From the human T2T-CHM13v2.0 reference genome, Homo sapiens, in NCBI RefSeq assembly GCF_009914755.1, contig NC_060942.1: DNA of 64,000 nt. One strand, given 5' to 3'. Below the pieces are notes generated by a model. That model was not told the DNA's origin and made no database searches. It worked only from the letters and a program-made list of their open reading frames with translations. Each line of letters starts with the position of its first letter. Position 1 is the first letter of the stretch. A program made the position numbers and the translations under genes. This document shows, in pieces, positions 1 through 14,407 of this stretch.

Positions 1-593
1 GGCTGACACTCATACCAAGGTGGATTGTGTCACTGGTTCTCCTGTATAAGAAAGTAAGAACAGGAGCTGAGCCAAAACGATAAAAAATGCATGGCCCCAT
101 TCATTTTTTTAATTGCTTTTTGCAATGAGATCCTAAAAATCTTTGGCTAATCAAATCACTTGGACAGAGGTAGAGATAAAAAAAAAAAAAAGGCACCCTC
201 AATTTTTCTATCCTATGTTAATTGGACCAATGATGGGGCTAAGGAGACCCCTCAGAGCTTGAAGGTGTTTCTGTCACTTAGTGGAAAGCTGACGCAAAAC
301 ACTTAACATAGCTAGTTGGATTGCACATGGATATTATGGATGCTGCCTGGAGCAACTGTCTAGATTAAAAATTGGCTTATGAGTAACACACTATACTCTG
401 GATGAAATTCGTAGGGTTGGATTTAGGCTTGCTTTTTAAAATGTTTCATTTTAGATATCCAGGTTATTTTAAGCTATATCACGACCATCTTACAGAAGGT
501 GTGTAGAAAAATAATAATAGTTAAGAAACAGAATATCTTTATGTTGAAAGGCTGATTTTTTTATAGTAAGATGTAGTTAAATTTATAGGTCCA

Positions 594-599
<6 letters not shown>

Positions 600-628
<29 letters not shown>
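600..628. repeat. (CA)n microsatellite, ~14 units
   Basis: Direct read of a pure CA run. Confidence 0.95.
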
Positions 629-632
<4 letters not shown>

Positions 633-842
633 TACTGTTAGCAAGACTAGCTAACACCATCAAAGAGGTCCAAATTCTGTTGGGCATGTGGAGCTGTGCA
701 AAGAAGAAAGAGAATGAACTCTTCTGAACTGACTATTGATAATTGAAACTGATAACTTCTTTGAATTGGATTAAATAATTGCATGAAGATCATAAGATAC
801 AATTTTCTTTTGATTTTTATAAATTTGTTTTACAGATTTCTT

Positions 843-990
843 TTCATTCATTCAGCAATAATTTATTGAGTACTCATGATTTGTCAGGCAAAATGCCAGG
901 TTCCTGACATTAAGGAGCTCTCAATCTAGTGAGAAGCATGTAAACAAAAAGGCTTTTTGAATGATAAGCTTCAATGGAAAACATAATAGA
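843..990 (-). mobile_element. L2 LINE 3' end fragment
   Basis: ttcattcattcagcaataatttattgagtac... is the reverse complement of the L2 3' tail; approximate boundaries. Confidence 0.65.
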
Positions 991-2217
991 AGCCATGTCG
1001 ACTGATATAATCTGAACCAGTATTTTGTGTATTGAGAAAGTTAAAAAGAATTGTAAAATTGCTAATGCTATAAATACTGTATGTTTAGCTTAAAATGATC
1101 ATTAATCAATTATAATGTAATATCAATGCCTTTTGCATATGGGTTCAATAGCTGGTGTTTTACATGGTCTTTTTATGTAAACCATGTCTACAATGCATTA
1201 TATTCAATTTCTAATTTTAGTGTTTTTGCTTTGAGGAAGAGTGAAAAGTTAAAAATATTTGCATCAAAACAGTCTGAATTCTGAATACCTCTAGAATGTT
1301 TTATTTTTACCTCCACTCTTGTATAATTTTTCACTCATACCTAATTTGACTTGCTTTTATCAAGTCTTTCCAGACCAATTAACATAATTTTCAGAAAAAC
1401 AACAACCCTTATTTTTCACACTCATATCATCAGTTTAATACATGATTTAATTACATAATCACAATGAAAAAGTTCAACTACCAAACCTGGGAACACACAG
1501 TCGGTTCTCAGGACCAAGGTATGCACTAGGCAGAGGGTACCAGCCTCCTACTTTCAGTGTGCCCTGTCAGCTATTTTACGGGGGAAGAAAGCCAGAAGTT
1601 ATTGTGAAAATTTTGTCATTTGAGACATCAAAAAGCTTGCTAGGTAAATGCTGTAACCTAGGGTCAAGCAAAATGGAGTAAGAGTGACTAAAGGACTGGG
1701 GAGATTTGGAGAAGGTTTCATAGAGGTGATGATATATGAACTGGGTCTTCAAGTAGGAGTTTTCTTCATGAAGAAAGGAGCAAAAGCTATCCCATCCCGA
1801 GAAAGCAGCTTGTTTAAATGCAGAGTCAAGAAAGATATGGAGTGTTTGAGGAGAAGTTGGAAGTTGAAGGTAATTAAGCACAACAGTCAGTCAATGGATA
1901 GAGTAGTGAAAGATGAAGTTGGAGAAGTAGGATGCAGTAGATTGTAGAGCGACATACCAATTAATTAGAGATTCAAAATATAATTGAGGTACATGATTAA
2001 TTATGAAAGTAGGCAGGTTACTCATTAGGTATTTACTAAGTGAACGCAAAGGAAAACAGGTGAGTGCCTATTACTGTACATCACTTTTTAAAGAATAACC
2101 AGGTCAAGATTAAATTTTATCAAGAATGCAGTATACAAATATTTTTTAAAATTATCTTCCAAATACAAGGCTTGAAGTAAAAGCAAAAGCACTGTGTGTC
2201 CCAAAACTGAATATTTT

Positions 2218-3260
2218 TAAAAATCCAACTAGAAAATGGGCAAAAAACATGCACAGACATTTCATTAAAGAGGATACACAGATGTCAAGTAAACACGTGA
2301 AAAGATAGTAAGCATCATTAGCCATTAGTGAAAAGTATATTTAAACTACAATGAGATATCACTACATACCTATCAGAATGGCTAAAATGAAAAATAATGG
2401 CAAGGGAAAATATTGGCAAGGATGCAAAGAAGCCAGATCACTCATACATTGCTGGTGGGAATGTAAACTGATACAACTACTTCAGAAGTTTGGCAGTTTC
2501 TTTCAACACTGAAAACCTACTTAACATTCACCCAGAATTTTCAGTCTTGGGTATTTATTCCAGAGAAATAAAGTCTTATTTTCATGTGCACAAATGTTCA
2601 TAGCAGATTTATTCATAATAATCTCAAACTGGAAACTACCTATATATCCCTTAATGGGTGCATAGTTAAATAAACTGTGGTTATACATACCATGGAATAC
2701 CATTCAGCAGGAAAAAGAAACAAATTATTGAGAAATAGAACTTGGACAAACCTCAAGAAAATTATGCTAAGTGAAAAGCCAGTCTCAGAAGGATATGTAT
2801 TGGTTCCATTTATGTAACTTTCATGCAATAACATACCTAAAGAGATGGAGAATAAATTTGTGGTTTCCAGGGATTAGGGATATTGGGGAAGGAAAGAGTG
2901 AGTGTGGCTATAAAGGGATAGCACAAGAGAAATCTTCGTGGCAATGGTATAGTCGAGTGTCTTGATTGTGGTGGTGGTTATGCAAAGCTACATGTGTGAT
3001 AATATTCCATAGAACTGTAAATTTGCATCCCTCAACATACACAAATGGGTTATAGATTTACCATCTATAACTGGTAAAATATGAATAAACTATGGATTAT
3101 ACTAATATCGGGTTTCTGGCTTTACTATGGTGCTAGAGTTGTGTAAGATGTTAATATTGGAAGAGGCTGGGGAAATGGTGCACTGGAATTTCGCTGTACA
3201 TTTTTTTTTTTGCAGCCCTCTGGAATATATAGCTATTTCCCAATAAATAATTTTATAAAA
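2218..3260 (+). mobile_element. L1MC/L1MD-type LINE-1, 3' end of ORF2 plus 3'UTR
   Basis: aaaatgggcaaaa...acagacatttc...aaactacaatgagatatcactac matches the L1 ORF2 C-terminus; MC/MD-like 3'UTR ends at aataaataattttataaaa. Confidence 0.85.
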
Positions 3261-4924
3261 CTTTGCATCTATGTGTTATAATTTCTATATGTCTAATCGG
3301 TTGTGGCAAGTAGCTATACTGAGCCATATCTGTCACCTTGTGGCAGCCTCTGTGGTGGTAATTCTTTGTTAGGATGTGGAAAATCTATTCAGGATCAACC
3401 TTAAGCCCTAAGCCACAATACATGTAATAGTTATATCTATCACACTCAATGACTGTAAGCGATACACTTTGTGACAGCTGGCTTCACCACATGCTACAAA
3501 CCTTGTATAGAATAGGTCTTGGATATAGATAATTGCTCATGATACAAATGCATTGATTATACTGACATCTGCCAATGTTCAGTCTCAACATACTAATGGA
3601 TCTTTTCCTTAGGTAAGGGACAAGAGCACATTCCAAAATAAACTAACTGAAACCTAAATATAATCAACAAAGATGGTTTTCTGCCCTATATATTAATGAA
3701 GGTAAAGAAAACACACGAATTCAGGAAAAATCTAAAACAATTCCTAAACAGTTCAAACTTTTAGAGTAATCTTTGTTTGCAGGTAGAGAAGGGTGAGGTT
3801 TCAGGATCGTCATGAAAGATGTTGGCTTTTATCCACCTTTTTCTTGATGCCAAAACTTTTATAACTGGGAGAAAATACTCTTCCTTTCAAATGCAGAAAT
3901 CAGATGCACTACAAATCCCCCTAGAAGGAGGATAAATGGTAACTTCCAGGATAGAGCTTGGTATTGCTATGACGACTTTAGATTCAGGTTATGAATCTAA
4001 AGGTTATGAGGAATGCGCCTGAGTGTGCAGCGTGAGTATGTGCTCCCCTGCATTCTGTGACTGCAGGGCTGATAGGAAAACATCCCGCTTTAAGAATCTG
4101 ACTTTAAGACAGGCCCATTATTCTTGGATGATCCAGTGCTATGCCTTTTAGAATTTTTGCCCCAAGTGGGAATGTTCCCTCTTTCTGCCATAGATTGAGA
4201 TCTCCCCAGTACCCAGCTCTTCTGCCATCTCAGGCACCAAGGAAAAGAGGGCAGGTAAGTCCCTGCAGCAGCCCTGATGCACCACCATGCCCTAGATTCT
4301 GATCTCTTCACACATTCTCTTAGCCTTGTTGTCTTGGTCTCTGGCGCCTCAGCTGCTCTCTGCAGCACATTAAAGACTTGCCATCTCTATTAGCCACCAA
4401 TAATGCACTAATACATTTGTCCTCCTATTACCTCGGACACTAATTTGGTGGAATTGGGTAGTGACAGCACATTGATGTTGTTGAAGTTAATGACCCAGCA
4501 ATTTACAAGATAAGTCACATTAGTAGTCAAATTGATTGTAATCATTGTTTCACTGAACAGAATCTGCATTAAGTACAGTGTGTTGTGCTCTGTCCTTCAC
4601 CACCCCATTAACAGAGAGAAAGAGATGATCAGAATCTTCACCTTCATATCTTCTTTCACGTTTCTGCAATGAATATGTTGGGACTTCTGCTTTCTTTTAT
4701 AGCTTTCATTGAAAGATGCTAAGCACATATGAGAAACAATAGAATTTAACTTTATATACCTTTGAATATAACTAGGCCACTGGAGAGTTACAGTTATTCA
4801 TCTCTTCTTTATTGGGCACCTATAATTTTCTTGGTTTTGTGATTTGTACTAGGGACTCCAGATAAGTTGTAAGATGTAATTTCTGTCCTCAGGGAGCTCA
4901 CATTTGAATAAGAATCATGTAACA

Positions 4925-5225
4925 GCCAGGCTAGGTGGGTCACACTTGTAATTCCAGAACTTTAGGAAGCTGAGGTGGGCGGATCACTTGAGCCATTAGT
5001 TCGAGACCAGCCTGGGCAACATGGCAAAACCCTGTCTCTACTCCCCCAGCTCCAAAAAGCAAACAAACAAAAAACATAGCAAGTCCTGCTGGCATGCACC
5101 TGCTCCTAGTTATTTGGATGGCTGAGGTAGGTGGATCACTTAAGCCCAGGAGGCAGAGGTTGCAGTGAGCTGAGATGGTGCCATCATAATCCAGCCTGGG
5201 TAATGAAGTGAGTTTTTTTTTTTTT
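4925..5225 (+). mobile_element. AluJ SINE with atypical T tail
   Basis: Dimeric Alu with J-type ggatcacttgagcc; flanking TSD gaatcatgta (4912-4921, 5229-5238). Confidence 0.9.
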
Positions 5226-7487
5226 AAGGAATCATGTACAAGATGATGAGATGGTAGGAGACATAGGAGACATTCTCAATGGGTAGAACAATCACTTCTG
5301 AAGAGAGAGTTGAAATAGACAGGGAGAATGTCATACTGGAGATGAAATTGTCAGTAGGCACTAAAATATTTCTAAGATATTGATAAATATCAGTAAATAA
5401 GTCTTTATTCTTTAATTTGTAGTTAGAAAATATAATTTAAAATATATTTATCCCTTGCAGTTGTACAATTTTGCAAAATATTAAACCTTGTTTTCCTCCT
5501 TTATTAAGGGGGGTTAGTATTGTTGGTCTCATGTGTCTTTAATAATATGAGAATGGTCAAAATGGACATAAACTTTCTGGCAGAATGTTGGCATATAGTA
5601 AGCATTTAAGTAAAAGCTATTTGATTCCATATCTGATTTAATTTCTAGGAAAATTAAAAGCCACTTGAAGCCAAGATGGAAATAAGGTGAATGGTCAGAC
5701 TTAGAGATACAATTTGGGTTATGAATAAACAAGATGTATCCCTGAAATGATTGCCTCAGCTGTGTGTGTGTGTCCACGTGTGCATGCGTGCATATGGCCA
5801 TGCATGTAAATAAGCTCTGAAGGCACGGAAAAGGGATGTTCTAGAACTGTATTGAGTCAGGAGAGTAGCATGGCAGCATGTGAAAGGGGAGTGAGAACTG
5901 AGAAACCATGTGGTACAAACTCTTAATTTTGCAAATGAAGAAACTATAACCAAAAGAGGGGCAGAGGTAGATTGTTCCATGACATATAATTATGCAAGCA
6001 CAAACCCTGGATTAGAACCCTGATGAACTCATTCCTAGAAAAAATATTCTTTCCACTACTTCAAGATGCAAAAGTATCTCTTGTGAAGAACAATATTGGT
6101 CATACATTCTCATCTGGTTTCTGCATGTTTAGTCTTATTTCTTCACCTTCACACATCCTATAGGAATTCTTCTTCTCCTCTGGTTAATAGGGTGTTATTC
6201 TCACTCTTGCATGTCTCTGAAACACAGGACCACCCACATCCTGTCTGCTGCTAAACTGAACTTGTCACCCTTCTTTTACCTGCTAATTATATCACAAGCT
6301 TCCCTGATTATAGATGAATGTCCTGACCTGGGCTGAGAACCCCATTATGCCCAGTCCTGGTGGGTCCTCAAGTGACTTCCCCACCTGTTATCTGAAGCTG
6401 GACAATCACAAAGCATTCTTATGTCCTTACAAATTAGAAAAATTATGTTTGATGTCTTCTCATTTGAACTTCTGCTTTTGTGCTGTCAGAGAGCCTGGGG
6501 CATACATTATACCTACCTTGTGACTAGATTTCTACCTAGATAAAGCCCAGGACCCTTTAGTTAATGCTAATGAAACAGAAAAATAAAGTCACAAACAATA
6601 TCAATAATAATCACAATAATAATAGCAATAAATGAGTTCCTTCCAGTTTAGAGCAGCCAGAAAGAAAGGCATGTCAGGGACTTGCAGTGTGATATATTGT
6701 GGGAATGCAACCGCCCACCCTTACCAATTATTTAAAAAAAAAAAAAAAAAAAAAAGACATGCTTCACTGCCTGCTACAGATATAGTCTAGAAAAAATGAA
6801 TAGCAGAATTACTGTCTGTCCCATGTTATAGTTCTTATTATCTCATAATTAAAAATTGCTGGGATGTTATATTCCCCTAATTTTTTTGTTCTCCTTAGTA
6901 TATTCTTGTGGTTCAAGATTCAAATAGGACTGGGTTACTGTGGTGTAATGATGATGTTAGCCAAAAAGGACCAACATAATTGGATTCTACAATGTTGGTA
7001 AGATATGGAGTAATGTGCTGAGGCAGGACAACACAGTTGAGTAGGTGAGGAGGAAAGGTTGGTTCTTAGGGAGGATATCAAGTAATGTGGAGGCAGCAGG
7101 AGAGCAGAAACTGATTCCTACACATGATAGGAATCAACAGGCAGAGTGTGGATCATCACCAGGCTCAGCATCTAGAGATACAGTCAAATAGTCAAAAAGA
7201 ACAGATGCCCAAGAGGCTTTAGAGCTTTTGAGATTTAAATCTAGACCTCAGAGCTAGCAACGACAAAATGTGGTTCAGAGAGAATGGGATAAATACCAAA
7301 GGCTTGTTAAGGTATGACATGTTAAAATGTTAATACTAGGACACTGGGATCAGCTGCTATCTGCCCATTTAGTACTCCCCCAGTTTTATGTAGCATTTCT
7401 ATAAGGCTGAAAAAATGTTGGCTAATGCATTTCTCTTTCATACTAGGACCAGGGGGCCTAGGAATGTGGATTGCCTCAGCCTCCTGA

Positions 7488-7835
<348 letters not shown>

Positions 7836-7848
7836 TAATAGAGATGGT

Positions 7849-8179
7849 ATTAGCAGCCTGTGGCCCTCCTCAGATGTCCAATCTTAAACTTTTTCAGACA
7901 TCAGAATTGTTACCCAAATAAACATTTTTTCTTTATTATTAATTACCCAGTCTCAGGTATTCCTTTATAGAAATGTAAATGGACTAAGACAATGTCTAAT
8001 TCGCCATTAGCATTCGGTCTTGTCTTTGTGCCTAAGGCCCAGCAAGCCTCACTCTGTTTGTTCTTGCCTCTCCCTTGCACTTAAACTGCTGTTATTTCTT
8101 CCTCAATATTTGCTAGGCTGGTTGGGGAGGGAAGAGCAGGCCAGAATTCTCTGTTGTCCTTATTCAGCCTTAGCCTTAG
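7849..8179 (+). repeat. Local duplicate of 11696-12024 (3' part of MST LTR plus L1 flank)
   Basis: About 330 bp colinear direct repeat, roughly 90% identical by eye, including the LTR end, its TSD atgtc and downstream flank. Confidence 0.92.
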
Positions 8180-8287
8180 TCATTGTGTTGCCCAGGCTGG
8201 TCGTGAACTCAGGGGCTCAAGCAATTCTCCCACCTCAACCTCCCAAAGTGCTAGGATTGCAAGTGCGAGCTACCATACCCAGCCCTG

Positions 8288-9089
8288 GATATCCTCCTTC
8301 TAGCTCTTTGAAACTATATATTATGGTTAACTATAGGCATTCTACAGTGCTATACAACACTAGAACTTATTCCCCTTATTATGTTGTAATTTTGAATCCT
8401 TTAGCAAATATCTCTTTATTCCCGTTTCCCCCACCGTTTTCAACCTCTAATATCTTCTGTTCTACTTTTTACTGATGAAAGGTCAAATTTTTTTTGCTTC
8501 CACATATGAGTGAGAATATGTGATGTTCAACTTTCTGTTCCTGGCTTATTTCACTTAACATGATGTCCTCCAGTCCCATCCATGTTGCTTTGAATTAAAA
8601 GATTTCACTTTTTTATGGCTGAATAGTATCCCATTGTGTATACCATATTTTCTTTATTCAATCATCTGTTGTTGGACACCTAGGTTGATTCCATATCTTG
8701 GCTATTGTGAATAGTGCTGTGATAAACATGCGGGTCTGCGCAGAGGTCTCTTCAAGATACTGATTTCCTTTTCTTTAGATAAATGCTCAGTATCTGAATT
8801 ATATGGTAGTTCTATTTGCAGTTTTTTGAGGAACATCCATATGGTTCTTCATAGTGGCTGTACTAGTTTACGTTTCTATCAACAGTGTGTAAGAGTTCAC
8901 TTTTCTCCACACCTCACGAGCATCTGTTCTTTCTTGTCTTTTTGATGATAGCCGGGCCAACTGGGGTGAGATGACACCTCACTGTGGTTTCGATTTGCAT
9001 TTCCCTGATGATTAGTGACACTAAGCATTTTAAAAATATATTTGTTGGCCATTTGTATATCTCCTTCTGAGGAATGTCCATTCAGATCA

Positions 9090-9127
<38 letters not shown>

Positions 9128-9625
9128 AGATACTTGAGTTCCTTGTATATTCTAGATATTAATTCCCTGTCAGATGTATACTTTGCAAATATTTCCCCCA
9201 TTTTGTAGGTTGTCTTTTAACTGTATTGATTGCTTCCTTTGCTATGTAGACGCTTTTTAGATTCATATAATCCATTTGTTCACTTTTGCTTTTGTTGCCT
9301 GTGCTTTTGAGGCCTTATTCATAAAATATTTTCTCAGACCAATGCCCCAAAGTGCTTTCTATATGTTTTCTTCTAGTAGTTTTACAGTTTCAGGTCTTAC
9401 TAAAGTCTTTGATTCATTTTGAGTTGATTTTTTGTAGGATGAGAAGTGGGGGGTCTAGTTTTATTCTTCTGTACATGAATATCCAGTTTTCCAGCACCAT
9501 TTACTGAAGAGATTACTCTTTCCCCAATGTATGTTCTTGGTGCCTTTGTCAAAAATGAGTTGGCTGTACATAATAGATTAATTTCTGGGTTCTCTATGCT
9601 GTTTCATTTGTTTATGTTTCTGTTG
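8288..9625 (-). mobile_element. L1MA-type (about MA6-8) LINE-1 3' fragment
   Basis: cacatatgagtgagaatatg...cctggcttatttcacttaac... antisense L1MA 3'UTR and ORF2 end. Confidence 0.85.
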
Positions 9626-9626
9626 T

Positions 9627-12600
9627 ATACCATTTTATCTTTACTATTGGCTCATTATTTATATCTCTTTTAAAATTTTCTTTTCAGTAGTTGCCCCAGG
9701 ATTTATAGTACACAACTTTAATTAGTCACAGACTGCCTTCAAATGATAGTATGCCATTTCATGTGTAGTGTAAGCACATTATGACACCATACTCCCACTT
9801 TTTTCCATCTGTCTTTTATGCTATAGTTATTATACATTATGCTGTTACTACATGCAATAAACACAAAATACATTGTTACTATTTTGCCTTAGAAAATTAT
9901 ATCCACAGTAATAAAAATTAGAATAAAATAAATTTTATACTTACCCTATGTCATTTCCATTGCTTTTTATTTCTTTTTGTATATTCAGTTTATTCTCTGG
10001 TATTATATTCCATCTGCCAAAAAAACTTCTTTTGACATTTCTTGCAGTGTTGGTGGTAGTGAATTTTATCAATTTTTGCTTGTATAAGAAATTTATTTTA
10101 GCTTTATTTTAGTTTTATTTTTAAAAGATATTTTCACTTGGTAGAGAACTCTCTATTGATGTCTTAAAAATTTAGCAGTTTGAAATTATTCTCCATTCTC
10201 TTGCAGCTTGCATACTTTCTGATGAGTAGTCTTCTGTAATTCTTATCTCTCTTTCAGTATATGTAATGTATCTCCCACCAACTTTCCCCCAGCTCCTTCT
10301 AGAGTTTTCTCTTTATCTTTGATTTTCAACAGTCCAAATATGAGTTGTTTAGGTGTATTTTGGGGGATATAGATAAATATCTTGATTGATGTTCTCTGTA
10401 CTTCTTGCAGTTGTGAGTTGGATGTTTTCATTAATTTTGAAAAATTTTTGGTCATTATAACTTTCACATTTTTTTCTCCTTTCTCTTCCTATTTTTTTTT
10501 GAAATTTCAATTGTAAATACAGTAGACTGTTTGACATTGTCCCACAGTTCTTGGATATGCTTCTGTTTCTTTTCTTTTCTTTTCTTTTTCTTGCTTGCTT
10601 GTTTTTTTTTTGTTTTGTTTTGTTTTGTTTGTTTTTTGTTTTTTTTGCTTGCTTCCTTTTTCTATTCTTATTTCTTTCTGTTTTAGTTTGGGTACTTTTT
10701 GTTGACCTACCTTCAAGTTCACTGATTGTTTTTCTATTCTCTGTTACTCTTTTTATGAGTTCATCAAAGACATTTTTGTATATTTTGTTTCTCTTTTATT
10801 TTTGGCATATTCATTTGATTCGATCATGTAATTTCCATCTTTATTTCTGTTCTCTAAAATTTTTCTATATGTTCATACATCCCTGCCTTTTCTACTAAAG
10901 CCTTTAGTCTATTAATTACAGTTACTTTAAATTTCTTATCAGGTAGTTGAAGCATATGGGGCATATCTCAGTCTGATTTTATTGATCTTTTTTTCTTGAT
11001 AGTGTGCCATTTGAATTTTTGCTTTATAATATTTTTTGGAAGATGAGCATTTGTGTAGGACTATAAAGGCTAAGACAAATAGTATTTTTGTTAGACATAG
11101 ATATGCTTTTTAACTTTATCATGCCTATGCCTTTAGTGGTGGTGGTGGAGATGTTGAGTCAATCTAGTTTGGAATTGACCTGGGTTTGGATTTTGTTACT
11201 GCTGTATTTACCTTCTGTTTACCTTAGGCTTCAAATTCCTCTAGCATTAGCTTGCACATGAAAAAAAAAAAAACTGGTTTTGTCAGGGTTATTTTCTTAA
11301 TGTCTGCTATAATTTGGTTTGTCTGACTGCTCCAAATCTTATGTTAAAATTTGATGTCTCATGTTGGAGGCGTGGCCTAATGGAAAACGTTTAGGTCATG
11401 GGGGTGCATCCCCCATGAAGGACTTGTTTCCCTCTATGCTGTACTCATGGTAATGAGTGAACTCTCTCTATTCATTTCCACAAGAGCTGGTTGTTAAAAA
11501 GAACCTGGCACCTCTATCTCTTACTTCTTCTCTTGCCATGTAATCCCTGCACAGCTGGCCCCCTCTTACCTTCTGCCATGAAACTCAAACTCCTGACCTC
11601 AGGTGATCCACCTGCCTTGATCTCCCAAAGTTCTGGGATTATGAGTATGAGCTACCATGCCTGACCATGAGTTTTTAATTTTTAGTAGAGATGGGATTAG
11701 CAGCCTGTGGCTGTCCTCAGATGTCCAATCTTAAACTTTTTCAGACATCAGAATTGTTACCCAAATAAACCACTTTCTTATTATTAATTACCCAGTCTCA
11801 GGTATTCCTTTATAGCAACATAAATGGTCTAAGACAATGTCTAATTCACCATTAGTATTGTGTCTTCCCTTTGTGCCTAAGGCCCAGAGAAGCTCACTCT
11901 GGTTGTTCTTGCTTCTCCCCTCCCCTTAAACTGCTGTTATTTCTTCCTCAGTATTTGCTAGGCTGGTTGCAGAGGGAAGAGCAGGTGGGAATTCTCTGTT
12001 GTCCTTATTCAGCCTTAGTCTTAGGAAAATTCTTTGTCCCTGGGTCTCATGTGCAGGTCCTTCTCCATGATCCTGCCTCTCCCTCAATAGTACAAGTTCT
12101 TTTGCGCCAACCAAGTGAAGTTGTTCCGACCTATTTCCTTCCCCAGGGGTTAAGATTTTTTTTTCTCTTCTATTCTCCCAGCTATGATGTGTTTCCACTT
12201 GTGCCCTGAGAGGTAAGAGGTTTTCTGTACTTCCTCCAGCAGCTTAAGGCTTTTGTTCTGCAGGGCAGCTAGAAGAGTAGAATCCAGGTGAGACTTGCTG
12301 CCTTTCCTAAAGTTATTGCTGCTTCCCTCCTCCAGGCATGCAGCACGTAGGAGGATTTCTCTAATCTTTGTCACCTTGCCCCCATCTTTCTTGTGAGTCA
12401 ACAGTATGGTCCCTGGAAAAGATCCTGAGAGTTTGTACTCATTTTCTTTATGTCTGTGTCTCCCATGTTTCTATATTTTTAATCATCCTTTAGCAATGAT
12501 TTTTCTTTAGCAATTGTTACAAATTTTAGCTGAGTAGTTTTTACCAGATTGCAGGATGCCTGGCACCTGCCCCTAATAAGCAAGTGCTGTGTCCTGTCTT

Positions 12601-12775
12601 TCCTTGGAGACTTCTCCCTTCCTTTGGATTTCAGGCTACTCAGTTGTCCTGCAAACTCAGCTCTCCGATGTCTTCGAGAAAAATAATCTTTTCATAGATT
12701 ATCCACTTTTCTTCATTCTAAGAGTGAGGATGACATTTTTCAGTTTTCTGCATCCTAAGCTGAAGCCAGCTATTT
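9627..12775 (-). mobile_element. Old L1M (MD/MC-like) 5' portion: inter-ORF, ORF1 relic, 5'UTR; interrupted by MST LTR
   Basis: ORF 10243..10467(-) IMTKNFSKLMK...QLQEVQRT...TPKQLIFGLLKIKDKEKTL resembles L1 ORF1p (ENFPxL..QIQEAQRTP..TPRHII.KL.K.KDKEKIL). Confidence 0.75.
11305..11836 (+). mobile_element. MSTB-type MaLR solo LTR with internal Alu piece (11584-11695)
   Basis: tgctat...ccaaatcttatgtt... to ...ggtattcctttatagcaaca...ctaagaca; TG..CA termini and perfect 5-bp TSD atgtc (11300-11304, 11837-11841). Confidence 0.9.
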
Positions 12776-14365
12776 GTAAGCTGTTGTTTAATTTGCCAGG
12801 CTTTTTGGGGGGGTCTCCTATTCCCTAAATATATTTTCTAAAGCTTTTAATATTTTTATACATAGATGTAGTAAACATGGTTATTTTGTAGTATTTGTGT
12901 GATTTTATACAACTATAAAGTCTTTGTGAATATATTTTTTTTTCTTTCTGTTGTTTCTGCTGCTTCGTGGATGTATTCACTTGTTTTGTGTCCCTGTTTA
13001 TTTTGATGGTGGGCTAGTCCTCTCTCTCAAAAACATATCTGTGTAGGTTCCCAAAGTCTTAGGATGAATATATTTTCCTCTAGAAAAAGTTTACTTTTTT
13101 TCTGGATCCCCAGGGTGCCAGAAGCTCAGAATCACTTTAAATCTATTCTCGCATGGTTTGTGGTTTCTTTGATCACCCCAGGGATTAAAAGATGGGACAT
13201 ATATCCATATATAATTCTGTCCTCTTGGAATTAAACTCTCTTTCTCTCTCTCCCTCTTCCTTCCCTCCACTGCCCTTTTCCCTTCTTCTCTTTAATAAGG
13301 CAATTGTCCTCTACTTTCAGGAAGGAAAGCTTTCAGGATAAAACACTAGAGAAACTCATTTATACAGACATATGGAGATTTAGAAGGACAGAAATATTTG
13401 AATCCAAAGAAGCAATCCTTTATGATAAAATATATCTCCCCAGAGATTATTAAATGGAGTAGTCTATGGGAAAAAAGGGAGACAAGGAGGGACTCTTCCA
13501 CGGAACCCTCCATTATCTTACTACCTATCTCTCTTACAAAGCCAGGTAACTGTTGGCCTAGAAGGCCAACTTTAATGTGAACTATAGATAGAAGAGAGCT
13601 GGATGCTGGATCAACAACTTGCTAGATAGTCTAAAACCTGGAGGGTAGAAACCTGTGTGTGGGCAGCATTATTGCTTTATTCAGTGGCTAGGCTGGGAGT
13701 TTCAATGAGATGGAATGCACTCTACAGAGAAGGTTACTGAGATCTGGCCTGATTCTCACTGCCTGAAGCTAATCATTGGTTCCCTGTGCTTCTCTGAATG
13801 TTGGTTACTGAATCGTTTTTCAATAAATGTGTTTTCCATATCTTCTGTAGGTCTTCAGCAAGGAATAAATGTTGATTCTATACACTTTTTACATAAAAAT
13901 ATATACCTCAATGGCTTTCCCTAAAGCAAGACAGAGTTAAGAGTTTATCAAAATCAATAAAGTTTAAGGAAGGGAATATCATTAAAGCTTGGCAGATCAG
14001 GAACCTTAATATAAGGGTCAGTTTTCCCCATTCCCTACCTTCTCCCAGTAGGTGTGAACTTCAAGGCCTGAATTTATCTTTTTGCTCCTCAGACTCAATG
14101 ACTTCAGGATTGTTCTTTGAAATTTATACCTCAGCTTTGTTTCAATTTGCTCCTATTACGAAGCAAAAGAAGAGCTTTGCTCCTGTTTTCCTACAAAGAA
14201 CTCTGCTTACATTTTCCACCATTCATAGTACAGGAAAACTGCCAGACATTTCCCAGAAAATCTAACCCTTAAAGTTATGGTGAAACCCTAGTCCCATAAT
14301 AGCTTTATGTTATAGAATTAGATAACTAAAGAAAAGTGCAAATATTGTTTTTATTTATTTAGAAG

Positions 14366-14367
<2 letters not shown>

Positions 14368-14406
<39 letters not shown>
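14368..14406. repeat. Pure T39 homopolymer
   Basis: Direct read. Confidence 0.95.

Positions 14407-14407
<1 letters not shown>

Noticed and set aside
10551-10898. Hydrophobic Phe/Leu-rich ORFs (also 52826..53176)
   Set aside because: Translations of T-rich simple repeats, not membrane proteins.
8020-12209. Apparently paralogous ORFs 8020..8475 and 11871..12209 (LKLLLFLPQYLLGWL)
   Set aside because: Similarity comes from the 330-bp DNA duplication of repeat sequence; TTG starts; no protein-family signal.
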